In this document: piece after piece, positions 38,687-48,132 of the stretch | How the letters are laid out: each line of letters opens with the position of its first letter | Numbering within the stretch: the stretch's first letter is position 1 | DNA from: an uncultured delta proteobacterium | Lineage (GTDB): Bacteria > Desulfobacterota > Desulfomonilia > UBA1062 | Direction: 5' to 3' | Assembly: GCA_963752595.1 (NCBI GenBank) | Contig: CAVVYZ010000002.1 | Location: forward strand, 288,001-352,000 | Length of the DNA stretch: 64,000 nt | Position numbers and translations under genes: made by a program | The notes under the pieces: model-generated | Databases searched by the model: none | Told to the model about the DNA's origin: nothing | The model's input: only the letters and a program-made list of their open reading frames with translations

Positions 38687-40700
38687 CGTTGTTTGCTCTT
38701 AGTTGTTTTAGAATTGCCCTCAACTCTGCCCGGTGGAAACTGCTGCCAAGGATTGTTAGGATTGCCTCCAACTCACTCTCTCGATATTTCCATTCTGTCT
38801 TCATCAGCTTGTCAAGCAGCTCTACAGATCTGCTGCCGATGCTGCTTTCGCTTCCGAAGAGGTTCATGGTGACCTCGCCGGGGTCAGTGCCGAAGAGGCC
38901 GCCGGTGACGCCTCGTGCAATAATGCCATCATCTGTCTTGTCCAACACAGTCACCTCCGCAGCAAAGGCATCGGTAAGCGCTATACTCGTGTGGGTTGAA
39001 ATAATGACATTGGCATGGGTGTTCTCCAGCAGGCCCAGATCCACCATTTCAACGATCTTTTGTTTCCACACATCGTTGAAGTGTGTTTCCGGCTCGTCGA
39101 AGAGGAGCAGAGACCCGTCTTGGCCGCGCAGGAGGTAAAACAAGCCCATTCGGCCGAGCAGCATCTGCTCGCCGTCGCTGAGCTGGTCATAGGTGATAAT
39201 GATATCGTCGGATTCGCCATCAAAGGACTCATGCTGGTGGAGGCGTTTCATGGTGAGGGTAATGTCTTCCAGCAGACCGGTGCGCTCCCAATCCTTGAGG
39301 CGGGTGAAGACGTCCATGGGCGTGGAGTCGATTTCCTGGTCTGAACTCAGAACGCGCAAGAATGCCTCCGCGCCTGTTCTGCTGCCATCCACCCGTTCGG
39401 CGATGAACTCGATATCCTTACTCGTGATGCCGAGGGGAAACGCATCCTTGAGTCTCTCGGTAAGGCTGATCTTCTCGAACGGGCCGAGAGAGAAAACGGC
39501 GCGTCGGCGCCCAAACGGCTGGTCGAGAACTTCATCGGCCAGGGCTATAAGGCAGAACAGCTCCAGGTGCTGGCGCGGAGTAACGCGGTCGTCGTCGTGG
39601 TAGGTGAAACTCAGGTGCGTTGGCCAGAACCAGTCTATTTGTTCGAATACAGGGCGGGCATCTGTCAGAGTCCTATCTTTGGAATCATACCTCCCCAGGA
39701 GATAGTTTCTCAGGGATTCACGGCTGCTCTCTGATGTGCAACCGCTCAGTTCCCTGGCTGCTTGCCAGAGGGCAAGGGTAATGCCTGCGAAACGTAAATG
39801 ATGCGGTTCGATGAGGAAATAGGAGTCATCCTGCGGTCCCTTGAGTGTCATGTGGTTGGCAAGGAGCTTCTTGAATATATCCTCCACCTGTCCCGGCTCT
39901 CTCTGCAAGAGCTCAAGGCTCTCCCTGATCATGCCCTTCAGCGCAGAACCTGGGATAGTCGGCCTGGTAACGCCTGTTGGCGGCGGAGTGGTCGTTGTAC
40001 TGGTAGTAGTCGTAGTCGTGCTGGTTGTCGTGGTGCTTGTCGTATTGCGGGTAAGTGCATTTGAAATAAGGATGTGTTGTGCTTCTTCCCATTCCTTATC
40101 CATGTCCCAGCCATGCGGGCGTTCATCCTCAGAGCTGTATTGACCTTCTTCTTCATCCAGTGGGTGAAAGATCGGATGATCGATCTGCATCCAGGGGTAA
40201 CAGTCGCCCGAGGTATAGGCGATGAGACGCTTTGGCAACCGGGAAAACAGTAACGGGCTGGTGATGGCGTCTGGGCCGGTGATCATTTCAAGCCCCTCAG
40301 CCAGGGGGTGATGTTCCCCTTTGCTCATGGTGGCAATAATCCTCTCCCAGTCGGGACGCCGTGCGCTGATGGGCACGGGTTTGCATGTGGCAAAAAAGGA
40401 AAGGGCATCCTTCCTGTTGGTACTATGGAGGAGCGCGGTCACTGCTTCGACCCCAAGGGTACGATCCCATGACAGCGTGACAGGCAGTGTCGGCCATTCT
40501 CTGCGGTTCAGCGCACGGAAGACATGGTAAAGCACCCGCAGTAATGTTGACTTGCCGCTTCCGTTCACGCCGACCACGAAGTTTAACGCACCTTTGCGCG
40601 GCAGATTCAGGGTATTGGTGATGAGGTCCTCACGTCCGAAAATGACACTGACATCATTGAGCGGGCCGCAGCGCGGGATATGGAGGTAACGTAGTCTCAT
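38667..40700 (-). CDS. RM-associated ABC/AAA_21-type ATPase (PtuA-like) with internal Thr-rich insertion
   Basis: MRLRYLHI N-terminus, Walker A GVNGSGKST, IAYTSG, signature LSDGEQ, Walker B/D-loop LLFDEPETHFN, H-switch ISTH. Confidence 0.9.
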   Translation of the reverse strand: MRLRYLHIPRCGPLNDVSVIFGREDLITNTLNLPRKGALNFVVGVNGSGKSTLLRVLYHVFRALNRREWPTLPVTLSWDRTLGVEAVTALLHSTNRKDALSFFATCKPVPISARRPDWERIIATMSKGEHHPLAEGLEMITGPDAITSPLLFSRLPKRLIAYTSGDCYPWMQIDHPIFHPLDEEEGQYSSEDERPHGWDMDKEWEEAQHILISNALTRNTTSTTTTSTTTTTTSTTTTPPPTGVTRPTIPGSALKGMIRESLELLQREPGQVEDIFKKLLANHMTLKGPQDDSYFLIEPHHLRFAGITLALWQAARELSGCTSESSRESLRNYLLGRYDSKDRTLTDARPVFEQIDWFWPTHLSFTYHDDDRVTPRQHLELFCLIALADEVLDQPFGRRRAVFSLGPFEKISLTERLKDAFPLGITSKDIEFIAERVDGSRTGAEAFLRVLSSDQEIDSTPMDVFTRLKDWERTGLLEDITLTMKRLHQHESFDGESDDIIITYDQLSDGEQMLLGRMGLFYLLRGQDGSLLLFDEPETHFNDVWKQKIVEMVDLGLLENTHANVIISTHTSIALTDAFAAEVTVLDKTDDGIIARGVTGGLFGTDPGEVTMNLFGSESSIGSRSVELLDKLMKTEWKYRESELEAILTILGSSFHRAELRAILKQLRANNDGTTSS
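39987..40043 (-). repeat. Low-complexity Thr/Ser codon tract (19 codons, 16 Thr)
   Basis: ACG ACA AGC ACC ACG ACA ACC AGC ACG ACT ACG ACT ACT ACC AGT ACA ACG ACC ACT, followed by PPP. Confidence 0.9.
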
Positions 40701-42419
40701 GTCAGTGACCGATCCTTCTCCAGTTGCTCGACCAGCCGCTCCAGCTCTCTAAGGCGCGCATGATCGCCGAGTCTAGGCTCGCGTTCCTCGCCTTCACGTG
40801 GTTCATAATCATCCAGTGTCAACCGGTATGTATTGCCGAAAACAAACTCCCCTGTGTCTCCTCTCTGTTCCTCACGGCTTATGTGGATGATCAGGCCTCG
40901 GGCAGCAAGGACGGCCAGGTGACCTTCAATTGCCTGGGGGTTTCTTCTGAGAGGTCCTACTTGGAGGTATTCGCTCAATCGCTGTGCAGTGAAATAACGG
41001 GCATAAGAAACACCGCCCACCATGCGTTTGATCTCGCTGAGCAGGAGCCTCTGCTCGCGGTTGAGTTCAGCATAGATACCGTCCGTACGATCCTGTAGGA
41101 GTTCTTCAATCTCCTGAATCATCGTACGACGCCAACGGGACAATCTGGCTCCTGTCTCTTTAAGGACTGCGTCACGCTCACGTGCCTCGATAACGAGCTT
41201 GTCTCGATTAGCTTCCCGCCATTCAGCGGTGAGTCGGCCGGAGAAGGCGTGGGCGGAGAGGGATTTATTCATTTGTATTATCATTTGATTACTTGTAGTA
41301 GAAGCTTCTTTGATGTTACGGATTTCTTCGCAGGAAATTCGGAAACGTTCAATTAGCTCCGTTGAAAACTCTGGCATATCGAGAGTCTTTAAAGCTTCTA
41401 GCGTGAGTCCTTCTGTGTTAGCGCCTCGAGCACGAGAAAGAATGCGACCGAGCTGTGCTTGTAATGAGTATACTATTAACTCTGGAGTTATGCCAGAGGT
41501 GGGCATCAGTCCTTTGATGTCTTGCCCAAAGCACATTGGAACTTGAGTAATAGCAATAGGAAGTGTGTGTGCCAAAATTTTACTTTTTACTACAACCATC
41601 ACGGTTCCTTTGGGCACAACATTTGTTGCACTTGACTGCACAGCTTCTTCTGTGACGTGTTCCTCTGTATCATCAAGATAAAGCCTCTTAATATCCTTAG
41701 ATGTTGCCCAAGGAATTTCCCCTGAATAAAAGTGTTCAATTCTCCTGCTGGGGGTTCCCCCTCCTACAATCTTCACCAAATCACCCAATTTAGGGCCACC
41801 CTTCCATTCAGATGGGGCGCCGAAAATTGCATCAAACATTGCCGGGAGCAAGTTCGGCGGTTTTGGCTTCAGCTTCTGTGAGGAGGCGGCGGATTTTCTC
41901 GACCTCTTGTAAAATCTCCACAATCTTTTGCTGCTCACTTAGGGGCGGAAGGGGGATGCGGAGTTTTGCTAGATCTGACGTTCGCAAGGATGGATAGGCT
42001 GGGTCCAAAGCCAGCTTCATCATATCCAGTGTGCATGTTAGATGATAAAGGTACTCGGGATTGATCAGTGGGCCAGACACAAGCACTGCAAGATGGCTCA
42101 CCACATAGGATGGCTCGTTTAGCAACGCACGTTTGTTGAGCGCAACGGATGCTCCACTTTTTGGAATCAGCAGAGATCCAGCGGGCCAATTACGGAGACG
42201 ATGCTTTTCTAGAGCTAAGTCGTTTAAGCGATCTGCTGTTGTCTTGATGTATGGGATTTGACAACGCCCAACATCCTGCATGCGCACAAATGGGTATGTT
42301 CCCCCTGCAAAAAAAGCGCCGCCCTGTGGTGCTCCATTTCCAGCACCTACTTCGCAAATGGCTCCAAGGGCAACTAACGGCCAGGTTGAGGGTATGGTGT
42401 TCTGAGACGCCTGCATCAC
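40697..42419 (-). CDS. hsdS: Type I RM specificity subunit with long C-terminal extension (frameshift ~41845)
   Basis: TRD1 (WPLVALGAIC), IPLPPLSEQQKIV, TRD2 (GGGTPSR..IPWATSKD..QDIKGL), AFSGRLTAEWR, then ~175 extra aa. Confidence 0.88.
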
Positions 42420-44929
42420 TTCACCTCAATAAGGTTAAGAAGTTTTCCAAGCCTCTTCTGCACCTCACCGTGGATGGCCTGAAGCTCACCGATGAGTTCG
42501 GCGGGCGGGCGATGCTGGCCGGCGTCGAAGACGAAGGGCTTGTGGCGTCCGGCGGAGAGGTTGAAGTCAAGGGCTTCGAGGCAATCGGGATCGAGGCGGT
42601 CGAGGAATTCTTTCTTCACCGTGGCATCGTCATCGAAGACCTTCAGGGTGTCACGTAGCCAGGAGAGATAGTCGGGATCGATGATGCCGTCCTGGTGCGT
42701 GGGTCTGGCGATTGGTTCTTGGGTCTCGGGGTCTTCACCCCAGCTTTCCAACTCCGCCCATTGGCGGACAGGGACGATCCAACTGAGCAGCGTCGGCTCG
42801 CGCTTGGACTCGCCCTCGTCGGACGGGGTGAGTTTCCCGCCTCGTGGTTGGATTCGAGGCTGCGCCGCCAGACATTGTAGCCATCGAGCTTGGCGAATTC
42901 GGTGAGAAGCGGCGTGAGGGCCTCGGCGGCCTGATCCACATCGGGCTCGGCAGGCGGTCTTCGGCTTCTTGTCTGGGAACGGGACGGCGGCAGCCCATTC
43001 CTTTACCTTGGCGGTCATTTCCTTGAGTACGGTCTTGAGGGCGTTCTGGCCGAACTGATCGAATTCGCGGTCGAGCAGGCCGCCATCGCGGACCTTCTTG
43101 TTCAGTTGGTTGGCCACTGACTTGACGTTTTTCTCGGCGGCGGCAAGGGCTTTTCCGCATCGGGTTTGCGAGCGGTAGCGTAGGCATGTATGATAGTCTG
43201 CTCGACAAGGGTTGCTGATTGTCTTCTCGAACTTGGGTCGGACGCGGGCGAGCACGACATCGTCATACTGGCGTGAGCCGCGTGAGTCAGCAGGGTCGAA
43301 GCGGAAAGTCCTGCGGCCATAGTTCGTGCAGCGGATAGGTATGGCCTTTGTCGCCGGACTTGTCAGGGAAGATTTTCAGGAATTCGTCATCCACGCTGCG
43401 CCAGCGTTCCTCCCAGTAGTCGGGCTGGTGGTAGTCCTTGGCTGTGGCGGCGGCACGGAGGGCGGCAAGGGTTTGGCCTTTCTTGTCCTCGGCCTCCCCT
43501 TGACGGTAGCGGTTCCAGGCGTCGAATTTGACCAGGGCATCCCAGAGGTCGTTGTCCTGGCCGTAGAGGGCCTTGCGTTTCTGGTCAAGTGAGAAGGCTT
43601 CGTCAGTGACCTCGTAAAACCAGACTTCGCGGGTGCGGGGTTCGGACCCTGCAGCCACGGGTTCGCCCGCTTTCTGGAAGAGCAGGATGGAGGTCTTCAC
43701 GCCCGAGTAGGGCTGGAACATGTTGGCCGGGAGGGAGACGACGGCTTCGAGGGTGTTCTCGAATAGGAGCTGGCGGCGCAGCTCCCGGTGGGCCTTGGTG
43801 GCGCCGAACAGGACGCCATCCGGCACGATGACGGCGGCGCGCCCGCCGATCTTGAGCAGGTCGAGCATGAGCCAGACGAAGAGCAGCTCGCTCTTGGTGG
43901 TTAGTGGACCGCTGCCTTTGCCGGAACGCGGGAAACGGCCTGCGGTTCTCGCTGAGGTCGCCTTCGTCCACACTGCCGGTGAAGGGAGGGTTGGCGAGGA
44001 TGTAGTCGTAGGTGCCGCTTTCGTCGTCTTTAAGCCGCTTGCTAAGCGAGTCGAGCTGATGGATCTCGGGTGACTCCAAGTCGTGGAGGATGAGGTTCAT
44101 CCAGGCGATGCGGACCATGGTGCGGTCGTTGTCGTAGCCGTGGAAAAGGGAGCTGAAATTGAACTGTTGCGCCTTCGGGCCAGACGGGAAGGACATCGTG
44201 CGGTGTGCCGTCCCATTCGAGGCGGAGTACGTCCTTGTCGGTGTGCTGGGCCTTCCAGTGGAGAAGTGAGTTGAGCAGGAAGCCGCCGGAGCCGCAGGCT
44301 GGATCAAGGATGGTCTTGCCCAGCTCAGGCTTGAGCAGCTGCACCATGAAGCGGATGACATGGCGCGGGGTGCGGAACTGGCCGTTCTTGCCGGACTCCT
44401 TCACCTCTTCGAGCAGATACTCGAAGATATCGCCCATGATGTCGGAGTTGACCGAGCGGGTGTCGAGCTGGCGGAAGAGATCATCGATAAGGCTGACGGC
44501 GCGCTTGAGGGTCTCGGTCTTGTTGACGTCGAGGATGAAGTAGGCATCGCTCAGACGGCCGGATATGCGGCCGAGGGTTGTGTTACCGTTCTGGGCAGGG
44601 CCTACGCGATCTTCCAGGCTGCGGAGCCACGGAAATACTGTTTCATTGAGCAGCGGGAAGGAGGGATTCTGCCTGATGTAAGACCAGCGGCATTTCTCGT
44701 AGTTAGGTGGTGTTGTCTTTTCTTTCTCGTGCTTTTTCTTTTCCTCGTCTGTTAATGCGTAGATGGAGGTCCTTCCGGCTCCGACCCTTGTTCGGTCGAG
44801 GGCTTCCAATTGCCTGATGAACAGTAGATAGGTTATCTGTTCAATGGCTACAAGCGGGTTAGACAGACCTGAGGACCAGAAGAGCGACCAGAGGTCGTGG
44901 ACTTTACGTCGAAGTTGGGGTGAGAGCAT
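42416..44929 (-). CDS. hsdM: Type I RM N6-adenine methyltransferase, enlarged (~838 codons), several frameshifts
   Basis: FWSSGLSNPL..IEQITYLLF, GDIFEYLL, NGQFRTPRH, ILDPACGSGGFL, ILANPPF, VIVPDGVLFG, FQPYSGVKT, DFNLSAGR; spread across track ORFs 44042, 43603, 43287, 42643 and 42416. Confidence 0.88.
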
Positions 44930-44938
44930 ATGCGTTCC

Positions 44939-47699
44939 TTATGCGGCAATAGCCGTGACAAGTTCGAGGAGCTCGTTAAGGTCTGATTTTTCGAACAACT
45001 GTTCAGGATCTCCGATTGTAGAAAACGGCGGTTTCCGTCAGTGATACAAGGGAAGTTATCCTTGCCTTCTGCATTACGGCTTTCCGCAATGTCCGCACGA
45101 ACATGAGCTGGGTTGCCGTGAGCTGGGGATGACTGCGAACCCACTCGTCAAAAGCCTGAGAGATAGTTTCCTCACGTGATGGAAGTGAGGCCACATTGAG
45201 TATATGGCGGAGGAAATCGGCCAGGCTTGCCTTGGGCTGGTGATAGACTTCGCGCAGTCGTTCCTCAGTTACGAAGAGATCAGGACCGTTCAGTGCTGCG
45301 GCGATGGCATCAATGTCTTCGGGTGTGAGCTCCTCGCCCCTCCGGAGTCTCTGCAGTGCCGGGTTATCACCAGCGATGTCCTTGACAAGTGCCTCCACCT
45401 GGGCACGGTATGTTTCTGCAAAGGCACCCTCCCCGGATGGTCCGTAGATAATCCAGTGGCGCCTCTTGATCTGATCGGGAAGAGAGAGGCGAACAAAGGT
45501 GCCGGGAGGGCGACGGTTCCGAAACCTCATGAGCGGTGCAAAGGTTTCCTGCAGTTCCATGATGCGGGGGCAGGAAAGATTGCCCCAGAATGCAGCTGTC
45601 TGAGCAGCGGTGAGGGATTCAAGATGCCGTTGCACTTCAGGGATGTTTGTTGGGAGTAGCGAAAGGTGTTCTGTAATTCGCTCACGAAGCTTATCGATTT
45701 CTCCGGCATCTGCCTTGAGATATGCGAGTGCGAGATGCTCGGTTTGATTTTCAAACTGAAGCTCCGGATACGAGCCGACAGTGGAGAAGCGTAACAGAGG
45801 CGCAATAGTGTGGGAAAAATGCGATATCCTTTCGTCTGTCAGGTCTTTCCATGGTTCGTCACTGCCTGCGAGAAACCGAATTTCTTCCGCATGCGGGGCA
45901 ACGTTGATATTATCGAGGGGCAACGTGCCTACAAGATCACGAAGCTGGCGGACAGTGTATTCCATGGAAACGATGTCAGACCGGCCGGTGAGGATCTGAA
46001 GTTTTTCCAGGCGAAGACGGAACAGACGGGAAGGCAGCGGCTCGGAAACAGAACCAGTGCGGCCGTCTTTGTTTACCTGGAAATAATCAAAGTTGTTCCA
46101 GTGGTCGATGACGAGAAAGTCGGCTTTCTTTTTGCCAGTGAGAGGATCAGTCCAGGTGCGGGTGCCGCGGCCGAGCATCTGCCAGAACTTCACCTTGCTG
46201 AAGACTGGTTTGGCAAAAACAAGGTTGCGTAAAGAGGGCACATCAATGCCGGTATCGAGCATGTCAACGGAGACGGCAATTCGGGGAAAATCCTTGTTCT
46301 TGAAATCGTCGAGGGTTTTTTCAGCACGCTCCATCTGACTATCAATGACCTTGGCAATGCCCTTCCGTTGCAGGTCAGGGTAGAGGCGGTTAAAGCTCTT
46401 ATAGAGTTCCAGGGCATGCTTGTGGGATACGGCAAAGATGATAGTCTTGGAAGGTAATGTTCCCACGGCATCTTTAATGGCATTATCCATAAACTCCCTG
46501 ACAATGGCGTCATTTGTGCCGGTGTTTGTGACCTTCCGCTCAAGATCGGACCCCTCAAAACTGAACTGTTCAGGATCGACGCCTTGTTCAAGAACCTGCT
46601 TTTTCACTTCGTCGGGCAGGTCGCCTGGTTTCATGCCCTCGATCTGGAATCCGGTGCGGGCGACATGGACGGGACGATAGGGGACCAAGTATGTGTCTCG
46701 CACTGCTTCATCGTAGCCATAGTAAAATGTCGGGCTGTCTTTTGGGCATTCGAAAAGCTTGAACGTATCATGGTCGATGAAGTCGGTCGGTGTAGCAGTA
46801 AGCCCAAGAAGCAGGGAATCGAAGTGATCGAAAATCCCACCGTAGCTCTTTTTCTCATAGATCGAACGGTGACTTTCATCTGCGATTATCAGGTCGTAGT
46901 AGCCAGGTGAGAGCCGTTGGTAAAGCGACATCATTCCGGGGTATGTAGCAAAATGAATTTGTGCGTCTTTGTCGATAGCCCCTCCTTCTATCCATGATCT
47001 GGGGGCGCCGGGCAGGTGCTCCTTGAATGCGCCTAATGCCTGCTTCACAAGCTCACGGCGGTCAGCGAGAAAGAGGACACGCTGGATTCGTTCCTGGCGT
47101 TGGAGCAGTTCAACTAGGGCCACAGCGACGCGGGTCTTACCGGTCCCGGTGGCAAGAACCATGAGGAAACGCCTCTGGGAAGCTTCTATACGCTCGGCAA
47201 TGGTCTTGACCGCCTCTATTTGATAAGCACGATCGATAATGCGATCGAGTGGCATTGTGCCAGTGAGCTTTTGTCCGAACTTGTCGAGGTGGGCAAGTCG
47301 CAGGAGGTCTTCCTCTGCAAAGAATCCGCTTACCTTTCTTGGAGGATAGAGATTCCGATGCCAAAACCAGATTTCATCACCGTTGGCCAGAAAGACAAAA
47401 GGGTCAATGCCGTGTTTTGTTCGAAGCGCATCAGCATAGTCTGCTGCCTGACGTTCACCTTCAAGGGGATCTCTGCTGGAACGCTTTGCTTCGACAATGG
47501 CAAGCGGTCGGCTGAGATGATCCAATAATGCGTAGTCAGCAAACTCATTTTTGATGCCGTAAACGCCTTCCGGTTCGCGCACCATGGAGGTAGTCTCGAT
47601 GAGGAACTCTTCAATCAGGCGCCGACTTCCTATGGCCCAACCGGCACGACCGAGTTGACGGTCGATTTTTTCCTGACGAGTCTTGCTTTCAAAGTCCAT
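44939..47699 (-). CDS. hsdR: Type I RM restriction subunit (EcoEI/EcoAI-like); terminal frameshift ~45040
   Basis: ADY..IVEAKR..QA..YA nuclease, ATGTGKT, DESHRS, GLTATP, MLDTGIDVP, QMLGRGTR. The shifted end RKPPFSTIGDPEQLF..AIAA* stops at 44939, 9 bp before hsdM. Confidence 0.93.
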
Positions 47700-47980
47700 T
47701 GATTAGAATACCCTAATATTAAACATATCAAAAACTGTAATGCTTATTTCATTCTCATATCTTGGTGAAAGGAAACAATGCAGCAATCTAAATACAACTT
47801 ACCACAATTCTCTTATTTTATCACATGCAGATCTCTCATTTCAGGAATGGATTATATTGAGATCATAGTACCCAGTTAGGATCAAAATAAATAAGGAGCT
47901 TACTGTCATTATAGATATTGAAAGAATTTGTGCAAAACGTGTGCAACCTACCTGCAAACATAGGCCAGGCCATGTGAAGA

Positions 47981-48010
47981 GGGGGTTCGATTCCCCCCGC
48001 CACCATTAAC
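47981..48010 (+). repeat. Right att: displaced tmRNA 3' fragment with a 3-bp deletion
   Basis: GGGGGTTCGATTCCCCCCGC---CACCATTAAC here versus GGGGGTTCGATTCCCCCCGCCTCCACCATTAAC at 36781. Confidence 0.92.
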
Positions 48011-48132
48011 CATTTATTATCATTAATCTTCTCCAAGAAACCTGCGCCGCAAAGCAGGAACATATGAAGAGCACTGAATATTGGCTATGCCGTAGTCTGT
48101 TTTTGATCTCTACAGACATGTTCAGCCGGTGT

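Larger units (their letters stand above)
36781..48010. mobile_element. tmRNA-integrated genomic (defence) island, ~11.2 kb, integrase truncated
   Basis: Direct repeat of the tmRNA 3' end at 36781-36813 and 47981-48010, AT-rich ends, integrase remnant and restriction-modification (RM) cargo. Confidence 0.9.

Noticed and set aside
39841-40143. Val-rich plus-strand ORF resembling a membrane peptide or toxin
   Set aside because: It is the exact antisense of the Thr tract, with no SD or independent support.
47700-47980. Retron ncRNA/RT accompanying the PtuAB-like pair
   Set aside because: There is no reverse transcriptase ORF (no YADD-type motif) in the island. This AT-rich stretch looks like the hsdR promoter and att arm region.
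47981-48010. tRNA gene
   Set aside because: Only a T-arm and a damaged acceptor half are present. It is the duplicated tmRNA 3' end.
36809-48132. CRISPR array or cas operon suggested by the RAMP-like peptide
   Set aside because: I saw no regularly spaced repeats and no cas-like ORFs anywhere in the window; only the ~20-aa motif is present.
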